A DNA stretch of 64,000 bases. Origin: Auanema rhodensis. Lineage: Eukaryota; Animalia; Nematoda. The position numbers and the translations under genes are program-made. The DNA is taken from positions 19,096,001 through 19,160,000 of the forward strand of contig OZ059900.1 in NCBI GenBank assembly GCA_964057225.1, given 5' to 3'. The notes under the pieces are model-generated. The model saw only the letters and a program-made list of their open reading frames with translations. It did no database searches and was not told the origin of the DNA. This document shows positions 42,601 to 57,452 of this stretch, in pieces. The first letter of the stretch is position 1; each line of letters begins with the position of its first letter.

Positions 42601-44124
42601 TCCACTTTCACGACAAAAAAACAGGGGTTAGAAAATTAAGGAAATTAGCATATTCTGAGGGCACGCCCCTTATGGCTAATATTGATTAAATCGATTTTTG
42701 TTCATATGAGTCGTCAAATGCAACGAATTTCAGCGTGTTACACACTAAAATGAAGCATTTCACATGCTGAACACTAGAAGAATACAAAAACACAGTATTT
42801 CCCATGAGAAATATTTTATTATGCTGGAAAACCAGTTTTTCGAAATTTCGCTGTAAACAAGGTTTTGACTTACGATTTCATGTGTTCAAACTCATGCAAT
42901 GTCAATGAAACCTAGCTCAAAATTGTTCGTACAACGTCTAGTTCCACTTTCACGACAAAAAAACAAGGGTTAGAAAATTAAGGAAATTAGCATATTCTGA
43001 GGGCACGCCCCTTATGGCTAATATTGATTAAATCGATTTTTGTTCATATGAGTCGTCAAATGCAACGAATTTCAGCGTGTTACATACTAAAATGAAGCAG
43101 TTTACATGCTGAACACTAGAAAAATACAAAAACACAGTATTTCCCATGAGAAATATTTTATTATGCTGGAAAACCAGTTTTTGGAAATTTCGCTGTAAAC
43201 AAGGTTTTGACTTACGATTTCATGTGTTCAAACTCATGCAATGTCAATGAAACCTAGCTCAAAATTGTTCGTACAACGTCTAGTTCCACTTTCACGACAA
43301 AAAAACAGGGGTTAGAAAATTAAGGAAATTAGCATATTCTGAGGGCACGCCCCTTATGGCTAATATTGATTAAATCGATTTTTGTTCATATGAGTCGTCA
43401 AATGCAACGAATTTCAGCGTGTTACATACTAAAATGAAGCATTTTACATGCTGAACACTAGAAGAATACAAAAACACAGTATTTCCCATGAGAAGTATTT
43501 TATTATGCTGGAAAACCAGTTTGTGGAAATTTCGCTGTAAACAAGGTTTTGACTTACGATTTCATGTGTTCAAACTCATGCAATGTTAATGAAACCTAGC
43601 TCAAAATTGTTCGTACAACGTCTAGTTCCACTTTCACGACAAAAAAACAGGGGTTAGAAAATTAAGGAAATTAGCATATTCTGAGGGCACGCTCCTTATG
43701 GCTAATATTGATTAAATCGATTTTTGTTCATATGAGTCGTCAAATGCAACGAATTTCAGCGTGTTACACACTAAAATGAAGCATTTCACATGCTGAACAC
43801 TAGAAGAATACAAAAACACAGTATTTCCCATGAGAAATATTTTATTATGCTGGAAAACCAGTTTTTCGAAATTTCGCTGTAAACAAGGTTTTGACTTACG
43901 ATTTCATGTGTTCAAACTCATGCAATGTCAATGAAACCTAGCTCAAAATTGTTCGTACAACGTCTAGTTCCACTTTCACGACAAAAAAACAGGGGTTAGA
44001 AAATTAAGGAAATTAGCATATTCTGAGGGCACGCCCCTTATGGCTAATATTGATTAAATCGATTTTTGTTCATATGAGTCGTCAAATGCAACGAATTTCA
44101 GCGTGTTACATACTAAAATGAAGC

Positions 44125-47100
44125 ATTTTACATGCTGAACACTAGAAAAATACAAAAACACAGTATTTCCCATGAGAAATATTTTATCATGCTGGAAAAC
44201 CAGTTTTTGGAAATTTCGCTGTAAACAAGGTTTTGACTTACGATTTCATGTGTTCAAACTCATGCAATGTCAATGAAACCTAGCTCAAAATTGTTTGTAC
44301 AACGTCTAGTTCCACTTTCACGACAAAAAAACAAGGGTTAGAAAATTAAGGAAATTAGCATATTCTGAGGGCACGCCCCTTATGGCTAATATTGATTAAA
44401 TCGATTTTTGTTCATATGAGTCGTCAAATGCAACGAATTTCAGCGTGTTACAAACTAAAATGAAGCATTTTACATGCTGAACACTAGAAGAATACAAAAA
44501 CACAGTATTTCCCATGAGAAATATTTTATTATGCTGGAAAACCAGTTTGTGGAAATTTCGCTGTAAACAAGGTTTTGACTTACGATTTCATGTGTTCAAA
44601 CTCATGCAATGTCAATGAAACCTAGCTCAAAATTGTTCGTACAACGTCTAGTTCCACTTTCACGACAAAAAAACAGGGGTTAGAAAATTAAGGAAATTAG
44701 CATATTCTGAGGGCACGCCCCTTATGGCTAATATTGATTAAATCGATTTTTGTTCATATGAGTCGTCAAATGCAACGAATTTCAGCGTGTTACATACTAA
44801 AATGAAGCATTTTACATGCTGAACACTAGAAAAATACAAAAACACAGTATTTCCCATGAGAAATATTTTATCATGCTGGAAAACCAGTTTTTGGAAATTT
44901 CGCTGTAAACAAGGTTTTGACTTACGATTTCATGTGTTCAAACTCATGCAATGTCAATGAAACCTAGCTCAAAATTGTTTGTACAACGTCTAGTTCCACT
45001 TTCACGACAAAAAAACAAGGGTTAGAAAATTAAGGAAATTAGCATATTCTGAGGGCACGCCCCTTATGGCTAATATTGATTAAATCGATTTTTGTTCATA
45101 TGAGTCGTCAAATGCAACGAATTTCAGCGTGTTACATACTAAAATGAAGCATTTTACATGCTGAACACTAGAAAAATACAAAAACACAGTATTTCCCATG
45201 AGAAATATTTTATTATGCTGGAAAACCAGTTTTTGGAAATTTCGCTGTAAACAAGGTTTTGACTTACGATTTCATGTGTTCAAACTCATGCAATGTCAAT
45301 GAAACCTAGCTCAAAATTGTTCGTACAACGTCTAGTTCCACTTTCACGACAAAAAAACAGGGGTTAGAAAATTAAGGAAATTAGCATATTCTGAGGGCAC
45401 GCCCCTTATGGCTAATATTGATTAAATCGATTTTTGTTCATATGAGTCGTCAAATGCAACGAATTTCAGCGTGTTACAAACTAAAATGAAGCATTTTACA
45501 TGCTGAACACTAGAAGAATACAAAAACACAGTATTTCCCATGAGAAATATTTTATTATGCTGGAAAACCAGTTTGTGGAAATTTCGCTGTAAACAAGGTT
45601 TTGACTTACGATTTCATGTGTTCAAACTCATGCAATGTCAATGAAACCTAGCTCAAAATTGTTCGTACAACGTCTAGTTCCACTTTCACGACAAAAAAAC
45701 AGGGGTTAGAAAATTAAGGAAATTAGCATATTCTGAGGGCACGCCCCTTATGGCTAATATTGATTAAATCGATTTTTGTTCATATGAGTCGTCAAATGCA
45801 ACGAATTTCAGCGTGTTACATACTAAAATGAAGCATTTTACATGCTGAACACTAGAAAAATACAAAAACACAGTATTTCCCATGAGAAATATTTTATCAT
45901 GCTGGAAAACCAGTTTTTGGAAATTTCGCTGTAAACAAGGTTTTGACTTACGATTTCATGTGTTCAAACTCATGCAATGTCAATGAAACCTAGCTCAAAA
46001 TTGTTTGTACAACGTCTAGTTCCACTTTCACGACAAAAAAACAAGGGTTAGAAAATTAAGGAAATTAGCATATTCTGAGGGCACGCCCCTTATGGCTAAT
46101 ATTGATTAAATCGATTTTTGTTCATATGAGTCGTCAAATGCAACGAATTTCAGCGTGTTACAAACTAAAATGAAGCATTTTACATGCTGAACACTAGAAG
46201 AATACAAAAACACAGTATTTCCCATGAGAAATATTTTATTATGCTGGAAAACCAGTTTGTGGAAATTTCGCTGTAAACAAGGTTTTGACTTACGATTTCA
46301 TGTGTTCAAACTCATGCAATGTCAATGAAACCTAGCTCAAAATTGTTCGTACAACGTCTAGTTCCACTTTCACGACAAAAAAACAGGGGTTAGAAAATTA
46401 AGGAAATTAGCATATTCTGAGGGCACGCCCCTTATGGCTAATATTGATTAAATCGATTTTTGTTCATATGAGTCGTCAAATGCAACGAATTTCAGCGTGT
46501 TACATACTAAAATGAAGCATTTTACATGCTGAACACTAGAAAAATACAAAAACACAGTATTTCCCATGAGAAATATTTTATCATGCTGGAAAACCAGTTT
46601 TTGGAAATTTCGCTGTAAACAAGGTTTTGACTTACGATTTCATGTGTTCAAACTCATGCAATGTCAATGAAACCTAGCTCAAAATTGTTTGTACAACGTC
46701 TAGTTCCACTTTCACGACAAAAAAACAAGGGTTAGAAAATTAAGGAAATTAGCATATTCTGAGGGCACGCCCCTTATGGCTAATATTGATTAAATCGATT
46801 TTTGTTCATATGAGTCGTCAAATGCAACGAATTTCAGCGTGTTACATACTAAAATGAAGCATTTTACATGCTGAACACTAGAAAAATACAAAAACACAGT
46901 ATTTCCCATGAGAAATATTTTATTATGCTGGAAAACCAGTTTTTGGAAATTTCGCTGTAAACAAGGTTTTGACTTACGATTTCATGTGTTCAAACTCATG
47001 CAATGTCAATGAAACCTAGCTCAAAATTGTTCGTACAACGTCTAGTTCCACTTTCACGACAAAAAAACAGGGGTTAGAAAATTAAGGAAATTAGCATATT

Positions 47101-47544
47101 CTGAGGGCACGCCCCTTATGGCTAATATTGATTAAATCGATTTTTGTTCATATGAGTCGTCAAATGCAACGAATTTCAGCGTGTTACATACTAAAATGAA
47201 GCATTTTACATGCTGAACACTAGAAGAATACAAAAACACAGTATTTCCCATGAGAAATATTTTATTATGCTGGAAAACCAGTTTGTGGAAATTTCGCTGT
47301 AAACAAGGTTTTGACTTACGATTTCATGTGTTCAAACTCATGCAATGTCAATGAAACCTAGCTCAAAATTGTTCGTACAACGTCTAGTTCCACTTTCACG
47401 ACAAAAAAACAGGGGTTAGAAAATTAAGGAAATTAGCATATTCTGAGGGCACGCCCCTTATGGCTAATATTGATTAAATCGATTTTTGTTCATATGAGTC
47501 GTCAAATGCAACGAATTTCAGCGTGTTACATACTAAAATGAAGC
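44125..47544 (+). repeat. 5-monomer (1710-bp) duplication, B-A-B-C-A
   Basis: The order B,A,B,consensus,A starts at 44125 and again at 45835, with one difference at monomer position 329 (45479 vs 47189). Confidence 0.85.
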
Positions 47545-50500
47545 ATTTTACATGCTGAACACTAGAAGAATACAAAAACACAGTATTTCCCATGAGAAAT
47601 ATTTTATTATGCTGGAAAACCAGTTTGTGGAAATTTCGCTGTAAACAAGGTTTTGACTTACGATTTCATGTGTTCAAACTCATGCAATGTCAATGAAACC
47701 TAGCTCAAAATTGTTCGTACAACGTCTAGTTCCACTTTCACGACAAAAAAACAGGGGTTAGAAAATTAAGGAAATTAGCATATTCTGAGGGCACGCCCCT
47801 TATGGCTAATATTGATTAAATCGATTTTTGTTCATATGAGTCGTCAAATGCAACGAATTTCAGCGTGTTACATACTAAAATGAAGCATTTTACATGCTGA
47901 ACACTAGAAAAATACAAAAACACAGTATTTCCCATGAGAAATATTTTATTATGCTGGAAAACCAGTTTTTGGAAGTTTCGCTGTAAACAAGGTTTTGACT
48001 TACGATTTCATGTGTTCAAACTCATGCAATGTCAATGAAACCTAGCTCAAAATTGTTTGTACAACGTCTAGTTCCACTTTCACGACAAAAAAACAAGGGT
48101 TAGAAAATTAAGGAAATTAGCATATTCTGAGGGCACGCCCCTTATGGCTAATATTGATTAAATCGATTTTTGTTCATATGAGTCGTCAAATGCAACGAAT
48201 TTCAGCGTGTTACATACTAAAATGAAGCATTTTACATGCTGAACACTAGAAAAATACAAAAACACAGTATTTCCCATGAGAAATATTTTATTATGCTGGA
48301 AAACCAGTTTTTGGAAATTTCGCTGTAAACAAGGTTTTGACTTACGATTTCATGTGTTCAAACTCATGCAATGTCAATGAAACCTAGCTCAAAATTGTTC
48401 GTACAACGTCTAGTTCCACTTTCACGACAAAAAAACAGGGGTTAGAAAATTAAGGAAATTAGCATATTCTGAGGGCACGCCCCTTATGGCTAATATTGAT
48501 TAAATCGATTTTTGTTCATATGAGTCGTCAAATGCAACGAATTTCAGCGTGTTACACACTAAAATGAAGCATTTCACATGCTGAACACTAGAAGAATACA
48601 AAAACACAGTATTTCCCATGAGAAATATTTTATTATGCTGGAAAACCAGTTTTTCGAAATTTCGCTGTAAACAAGGTTTTGACTTACGATTTCATGTGTT
48701 CAAACTCATGCAATGTCAATGAAACCTAACTCAAAATTGTTCGTACAACGTCTAGTTCCACTTTCACGACAAAAAAACAGGGGTTAGAAAATTAAGGAAA
48801 TTAGCATATTCTGAGGGCACGCCCCTTATGGCTAATATTGATTAAATCGATTTTTGTTCATATGAGTCGTCAAATGCAACGAATTTCAGCGTGTTACAAA
48901 CTAAAATAAAGCATTTTACATGCTGAACACTAGAAAAATACAAAAACACAGTATTTCCCATGAGAAATATTTTATCATGCTGGAAAACCAGTTTTTGGAA
49001 ATTTCGCTGTAAACAAGGTTTTGACTTACGATTTCATGTGTTCAAACTCATGCAATGTCAATGAAACCTAGCTCAAAATTGTTCGTACAACGTCTAGTTC
49101 CACTTTCACGACAAAAAAACAGGGGTTAGAAAATTAAGGAAATTAGCATATTCTGAGGGCACGCCCCTTATGGCTAATATTGATTAAATCGATTTTTGTT
49201 CATATGAGTCGTCAAATGCAACGAATTTCAGCGTGTTATATACTAAAATGAAGCATTTTACATGCTGAACACTAGAAAAATACAAAAACACAGTATTTCC
49301 CATGAGAAATATTTTATCATGCTGGAAAACCAGTTTTTGGAAATTTCGCTGTAAACAAGGTTTTGACTTACGATTTCATGTGTTCAAACTCATGCAATGT
49401 CAATGAAACCTAGCTCAAAATTGTTCGTACAACGTCTAGTTCCACTTTCACGACAAAAAAACAGGGGTTAGAAAATTAAGGAAATTAGCATATTCTGAGG
49501 GCACGCCCCTTATGGCTAATATTGATTAAATCGATTTTTGTTCATATGAGTCGTCAAATGCAACGAATTTCAGCGTGTTACACATTAAAATGAAGCATTT
49601 TACATGCTGAACACTAGAAAAATACAAAAACACAGTATTTCCCATGAGAAATATTTTATCATGCTGGAAAACCAGTTTTTGGAAATTTCGCTGTAAACAA
49701 GGTTTTGACTTACGATTTCATGTGTTCAAACTCATGCAATGTCAATGAAACCTAGCTCAAAATTGTTTGTACAACGTCTAGTTCCACTTTCACGACAAAA
49801 TAAACAGGGGTTAGAAAATTAAGGAAATTAGCATATTCTGAGGGCACGCCCCTTATGGCTAATATTGATTAAATCGATTTTTGTTCATATGAGTCGTCAA
49901 ATGCAACGAATTTCAGCGTGTTACAAACTAAAATGAAGCATTTTACATGCTGAACACTAGAAAAATACAAAAACACAGTGTTTCCCATGAGAAATATTTT
50001 ATTATGCTGGAAAACCAGTTTTTGGAAATTTCGCTGTAAACAAGGTTTTGACTTACGATTTCATGTGTTCAAACTCATGCAACGTCAATGAAACCTAGCT
50101 CAAAATTGTTCGTACAACGTCTAGTTCCACTTTCACGACAAAAAAACAGGGGTTAGAAAATTAAGGAAATTAGCATATTCTGAGGGCACGCCCCTTATGG
50201 CTAATATTGATTAAATCGATTTTTGTTCATATGAGTCGTCAAATGCAACGAATTTCAGCGTGTTACACACTAAAATGAAGCATTTCACATGCTGAACACT
50301 AGAAAAATACAAAAACACAGTATTTCCCATGAGAAATATTTTATCATGCTGGAAAACCAGTTTTTGGAAATTTCGCTGTAAACAAGGTTTTGACTTACGA
50401 TTTCATGTGTTCAAACTCATGCAATGTCAATGAAACCTAGCTCAAAATTGTTTGTACAACGTCTAGTTCCACTTTCACGACAAAATAAACAGGGGTTAGA

Positions 50501-51988
50501 AAATTAAGGAAATTAGCATATTCTGAGGGCACGCCCCTTATGGCTAATATTGATTAAATCGATTTTTGTTCATATGAGTCGTCAAATGCAACGAATTTCA
50601 GCGTGTTACAAACTAAAATGAAGCATTTTACATGCTGAACACTAGAAAAATACAAAAACACAGTGTTTCCCATGAGAAATATTTTATTATGCTGGAAAAC
50701 CAGTTTTTGGAAATTTCGCTGTAAACAAGGTTTTGACTTACGATTTCATGTGTTCAAACTCATGCAACGTCAATGAAACCTAGCTCAAAATTGTTCGTAC
50801 AACGTCTAGTTCCACTTTCACGACAAAAAAACAGGGGTTAGAAAATTAAGGAAATTAGCATATTCTGAGGGCACGCCCCTTATGGCTAATATTGATTAAA
50901 TCGATTTTTGTTCATATGAGTCGTCAAATGCAACGAATTTCAGCGTGTTACATACTAAAATGAAGCATTTTACATGCTGAACACTAGAAAAATACAAAAA
51001 CACAGTATTTCCCATGAGAAATATTTTATTATGCTGGAAAACCAGTTTTTGGAAATTTCGCTGTAAACAAGGTTTTGACTTACGATTTCATGTGTTCAAA
51101 CTCATGCAATGTCAATGAAACCTAGCTCAAAATTGTTCGTACAACGTCTAGTTCCACTTTCACGACAAAAAAACAAGGGTTAGAAAATTAAGGAAATTAG
51201 CATATTCTGAGGGCACGCCCCTTATGGCTAATATTGATTAAATCGATTTTTGTTCATATGAGTAGTCAAATGCAACGAATTTCAGCGTGTTACACATTAA
51301 AATGAAGCATTTTACATGCTGAACACTAGAAAAATACAAAAACACAGTATTTCCCATGAGAAATATTTTATCATGCTGGAAAACCAGTTTTTGGAAATTT
51401 CGCTGTAAACAAGGTTTTGACTTACGATTTCATGTGTTCAAACTCATGCAATGTCAATGAAACCTAGCTCAAAATTGTTCGTACAACGTCTAGTTCCACT
51501 TTCACGACAAAAAAACAGGGGTTAGAAAATTAAGGAAATTAGCATATTCTGAGGGCACGCCCCTTATGGCTAATATTGATTAAATCGATTTTTGTTCATA
51601 TGAGTCGTCAAATGCAACGAATTTCAGCGTGTTACAAACTAAAATAAAGCATTTTACATGCTGAACACTAGAAAAATACAAAAACACAGTATTTCCCATG
51701 AGAAATATTTTATCATGCTGGAAAACCAGTTTTTCGAAATTTCGCTGTAAACAAGGTTTTGACTTACGATTTCATGTGTTCAAACTCATGCAATGTCAAT
51801 GAAACCTAACTCAAAATTGTTCGTACAACGTCTAGTTCCACTTTCACGACAAAAAAACAGGGGTTAGAAAATTAAGGAAATTAGCATATTCTGAGGGCAC
51901 GCCCCTTATGGCTAATATTGATTAAATCGATTTTTGTTCATATGAGTCGTCAAATGCAACGAATTTCAGCGTGTTATATACTAAAATG

Positions 51989-54900
51989 AAGCATTTTACA
52001 TGCTGAACACTAGAAAAATACAAAAACACAGTATTTCCCATGAGAAATATTTTATCATGCTGGAAAACCAGTTTTTGGAAATTTCGCTGTAAACAAGGTT
52101 TTGACTTACGATTTCATGTGTTCAAACTCATGCAATGTCAATGAAACCTAGCTCAAAATTGTTCGTACAACGTCTAGTTCCACTTTCACGACAAAAAAAC
52201 AGGGGTTAGAAAATTAAGGAAATTAGCATATTCTGAGGGCACGCCCCTTATGGCTAATATTGATTAAATCGATTTTTGTTCATATGAGTCGTCAAATGCA
52301 ACGAATTTCAGCGTGTTACACATTAAAATGAAGCATTTTACATGCTGAACACTAGAAAAATACAAAAACACAGTATTTCCCATGAGAAATATTTTATCAT
52401 GCTGGAAAACCAGTTTTTGGAAATTTCGCTGTAAACAAGGTTTTGACTTACGATTTCATGTGTTCAAACTCATGCAATGTCAATGAAACCTAGCTCAAAA
52501 TTGTTTGTACAACGTCTAGTTCCACTTTCACGACAAAATAAACAGGGGTTAGAAAATTAAGGAAATTAGCATATTCTGAGGGCACGCCCCTTATGGCTAA
52601 TATTGATTAAATCGATTTTTGTTCATATGAGTCGTCAAATGCAACGAATTTCAGCGTGTTACAAACTAAAATGAAGCATTTTACATGCTGAACACTAGAA
52701 AAATACAAAAACACAGTGTTTCCCATGAGAAATATTTTATTATGCTGGAAAACCAGTTTTTGGAAATTTCGCTGTAAACAAGGTTTTGACTTACGATTTC
52801 ATGTGTTCAAACTCATGCAACGTCAATGAAACCTAGCTCAAAATTGTTCGTACAACGTCTAGTTCCACTTTCACGACAAAAAAACAGGGGTTAGAAAATT
52901 AAGGAAATTAGCATATTCTGAGGGCACGCCCCTTATGGCTAATATTGATTAAATCGATTTTTGTTCATATGAGTCGTCAAATGCAACGAATTTCAGCGTG
53001 TTACATACTAAAATGAAGCATTTTACATGCTGAACACTAGAAAAATACAAAAACACAGTATTTCCCATGAGAAATATTTTATTATGCTGGAAAACCAGTT
53101 TTTGGAAATTTCGCTGTAAACAAGGTTTTGACTTACGATTTCATGTGTTCAAACTCATGCAATGTCAATGAAACCTAGCTCAAAATTGTTCGTACAACGT
53201 CTAGTTCCACTTTCACGACAAAAAAACAAGGGTTAGAAAATTAAGGAAATTAGCATATTCTGAGGGCACGCCCCTTATGGCTAATATTGATTAAATCGAT
53301 TTTTGTTCATATGAGTCGTCAAATGCAACGAATTTCAGCGTGTTACAAACTAAAATGAAGCATTTTACATGCTGAACACTAGAAAAATACAAAAACACAG
53401 TATTTCTCATGAGAAATATTTTATTATGCTGGAAAACCAGTTTTTGGAAATTTCGCTGTAAACAAGGTTTTGACTTACGATTTCATGTGTTCAAACTCAT
53501 GCAATGTCAATGAAACCTAGCTCAAAATTGTTCGTACAACGTCTAGTTCCACTTTCACGACAAAAAAACAGGGGTTAGAAAATTAAGGAAATTAGCATAT
53601 TCTGAGGGCACGCCCCTTATGGCTAATATTGATTAAATCGATTTTTGTTCATATGAGTCGTCAAATGCAACGAATTTCAGCGTGTTACATACTAAAATGA
53701 AGCATTTTACATGCTGAACACTAGAAAAATACAAAAACACAGTATTTCCCATGAGAAATATTTTATCATGCTGGAAAACCAGTTTTTGGAAATTTCGCTG
53801 TAAACAAGGTTTTGACTTACGATTTCATGTGTTCAAACTCATGCAATGTCAATGAAACCTAGCTCAAAATTGTTTGTACAACGTCTAGTTCCACTTTCAC
53901 GACAAAAAAACAAGGGTTAGAAAATTAAGGAAATTAGCATATTCTGAGGGCACGCCCCTTATGGCTAATATTGATTAAATCGAATTTTGTTCATATGAGT
54001 CGTCAAATGCAACGAATTTCAGCGTGTTACATACTAAAATGAAGCATTTTACATGCTGAACACTAGAAAAATACAAAAACACAGTATTTCCCATGAGAAA
54101 TATTTTATCATGCTGGAAAACCAGTTTTTGGAAATTTCGCTGTAAACAAGGTTTTGACTTACGATTTCATGTGTTCAAACTCATGCAATGTCAATGAAAC
54201 CTAGCTCAAAATTGTTTGTACAACGTCTAGTTCCACTTTCACGACAAAAAAACAGGGGTTAGAAAATTAAGGAAATTAGCATATTCTGAGGGCACGCCCC
54301 TTATGGCTAATATTGATTAAATCGATTTTTGTTCATATGAGTCGTCAAATGCAACGAATTTCAGCGTGTTACATACTAAAATGAAGCATTTTACATGCTG
54401 AACACTAGAAAAATACAAAAACACAGTATTTCCCATGAGAAATATTTTATTATGCTGGAAAACCAGTTTTTGGAAATTTCGCTGTAAACAAGGTTTTGAC
54501 TTACGATTTCATGTGTTCAAACTCATGCAATGTCAATGAAACCTAGCTCAAAATTGTTCGTACAACGTCTAGTTCCACTTTCACGACAAAAAAACAGGGG
54601 TTAGAAAATTAAGGAAATTAGCATATTCTGAGGGCACGCCCCTTATGGCTAATATTGATTAAATCGATTTTTGTTCATATGAGTTGTCAAATGCAACGAA
54701 TTTCAGCGTGTTACACACTAAAATGAAGCATTTCACATGCTGAACACTAGAAGAATACAAAAACACAGTATTTCCCATGAGAAATATTTTATTATGCTGG
54801 AAAACCAGTTTTTCGAAATTTCGCTGTAAACAAGGTTTTGACTTACGATTTCATGTGTTCAAACTCATGCAATGTCAATGAAACCTAACTCAAAATTGTT

Positions 54901-57452
54901 CGTACAACGTCTAGTTCCACTTTCACGACAAAAAAACAGGGGTTAGAAAATTAAGGAAATTAGCATATTCTGAGGGCACGCCCCTTATGGCTAATATTGA
55001 TTAAATCGATTTTTGTTCATATGAGTCGTCAAATGCAACGAATTTCAGCGTGTTACAAACTAAAATAAAGCATTTTACATGCTGAACACTAGAAAAATAC
55101 AAAAACACAGTATTTCCCATGAGAAATATTTTATCATGCTGGAAAACCAGTTTTTGGAAATTTCGCTGTAAACAAGGTTTTGACTTACGATTTCATGTGT
55201 TCAAACTCATGCAATGTCAATGAAACCTAGCTCAAAATTGTTCGTACAACGTCTAGTTCCACTTTCACGACAAAAAAACAGGGGTTAGAAAATTAAGGAA
55301 ATTAGCATATTCTGAGGGCACGCCCCTTATGGCTAATATTGATTAAATCGATTTTTGTTCATATGAGTCGTCAAATGCAACGAATTTCAGCGTGTTACAC
55401 ATTAAAATGAAGCATTTTACATGCTGAACACTAGAAAAATACAAAAACACAGTATTTCCCATGAGAAATATTTTATCATGCTGGAAAACCAGTTTTTGGA
55501 AATTTCGCTGTAAACAAGGTTTTGACTTACGATTTCATGTGTTCAAACTCATGCAATGTCAATGAAACCTAGCTCAAAATTGTTTGTACAACGTCTAGTT
55601 CCACTTTCACGACAAAATAAACAGGGGTTAGAAAATTAAGGAAATTAGCATATTCTGAGGGCACGCCCCTTATGGCTAATATTGATTAAATCGATTTTTG
55701 TTCATATGAGTCGTCAAATGCAACGAATTTCAGCGTGTTACAAACTAAAATGAAGCATTTTACATGCTGAACACTAGAAAAATACAAAAACACAGTGTTT
55801 CCCATGAGAAATATTTTATTATGCTGGAAAACCAGTTTTTGGAAATTTCGCTGTAAACAAGGTTTTGACTTACGATTTCATGTGTTCAAACTCATGCAAC
55901 GTCAATGAAACCTAGCTCAAAATTGTTCGTACAACGTCTAGTTCCACTTTCACGACAAAAAAACAGGGGTTAGAAAATTAAGGAAATTAGCATATTCTGA
56001 GGGCACGCCCCTTATGGCTAATATTGATTAAATCGATTTTTGTTCATATGAGTCGTCAAATGCAACGAATTTCAGCGTGTTACATACTAAAATGAAGCAT
56101 TTTACATGCTGAACACTAGAAAAATACAAAAACACAGTATTTCCCATGAGAAATATTTTATTATGCTGGAAAACCAGTTTTTGGAAATTTCGCTGTAAAC
56201 AAGGTTTTGACTTACGATTTCATGTGTTCAAACTCATGCAATGTCAATGAAACCTAGCTCAAAATTGTTCGTACAACGTCTAGTTCCACTTTCACGACAA
56301 AAAAACAAGGGTTAGAAAATTAAGGAAATTAGCATATTCTGAGGGCACGCCCCTTATGGCTAATATTGATTAAATCGATTTTTGTTCATATGAGTCGTCA
56401 AATGCAACGAATTTCAGCGTGTTACAAACTAAAATGAAGCATTTTACATGCTGAACACTAGAAAAATACAAAAACACAGTATTTCTCATGAGAAATATTT
56501 TATTATGCTGGAAAACCAGTTTTTGGAAATTTCGCTGTAAACAAGGTTTTGACTTACGATTTCATGTGTTCAAACTCATGCAATGTCAATGAAACCTAGC
56601 TCAAAATTGTTCGTACAACGTCTAGTTCCACTTTCACGACAAAAAAACAGGGGTTAGAAAATTAAGGAAATTAGCATATTCTGAGGGCACGCCCCTTATG
56701 GCTAATATTGATTAAATCGATTTTTGTTCATATGAGTCGTCAAATGCAACGAATTTCAGCGTGTTACATACTAAAATGAAGCATTTTACATGCTGAACAC
56801 TAGAAAAATACAAAAACACAGTATTTCCCATGAGAAATATTTTATCATGCTGGAAAACCAGTTTTTGGAAATTTCGCTGTAAACAAGGTTTTGACTTACG
56901 ATTTCATGTGTTCAAACTCATGCAATGTCAATGAAACCTAGCTCAAAATTGTTTGTACAACGTCTAGTTCCACTTTCACGACAAAAAAACAAGGGTTAGA
57001 AAATTAAGGAAATTAGCATATTCTGAGGGCACGCCCCTTATGGCTAATATTGATTAAATCGAATTTTGTTCATATGAGTCGTCAAATGCAACGAATTTCA
57101 GCGTGTTACATACTAAAATGAAGCATTTTACATGCTGAACACTAGAAAAATACAAAAACACAGTATTTCCCATGAGAAATATTTTATCATGCTGGAAAAC
57201 CAGTTTTTGGAAATTTCGCTGTAAACAAGGTTTTGACTTACGATTTCATGTGTTCAAACTCATGCAATGTCAATGAAACCTAGCTCAAAATTGTTTGTAC
57301 AACGTCTAGTTCCACTTTCACGACAAAAAAACAGGGGTTAGAAAATTAAGGAAATTAGCATATTCTGAGGGCACGCCCCTTATGGCTAATATTGATTAAA
57401 TCGATTTTTGTTCATATGAGTCGTCAAATGCAACGAATTTCAGCGTGTTACA
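51989..57452 (+). repeat. ~7-monomer block duplicated at 9-monomer (3079-bp) spacing
   Basis: CAAAATAAAC insertion (52539/55618), GCAACGTC (52821/55900), TTTCTCATG (53407/56486) and CGAATTTTG (53984/57063) all recur at +3079. Confidence 0.9.
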
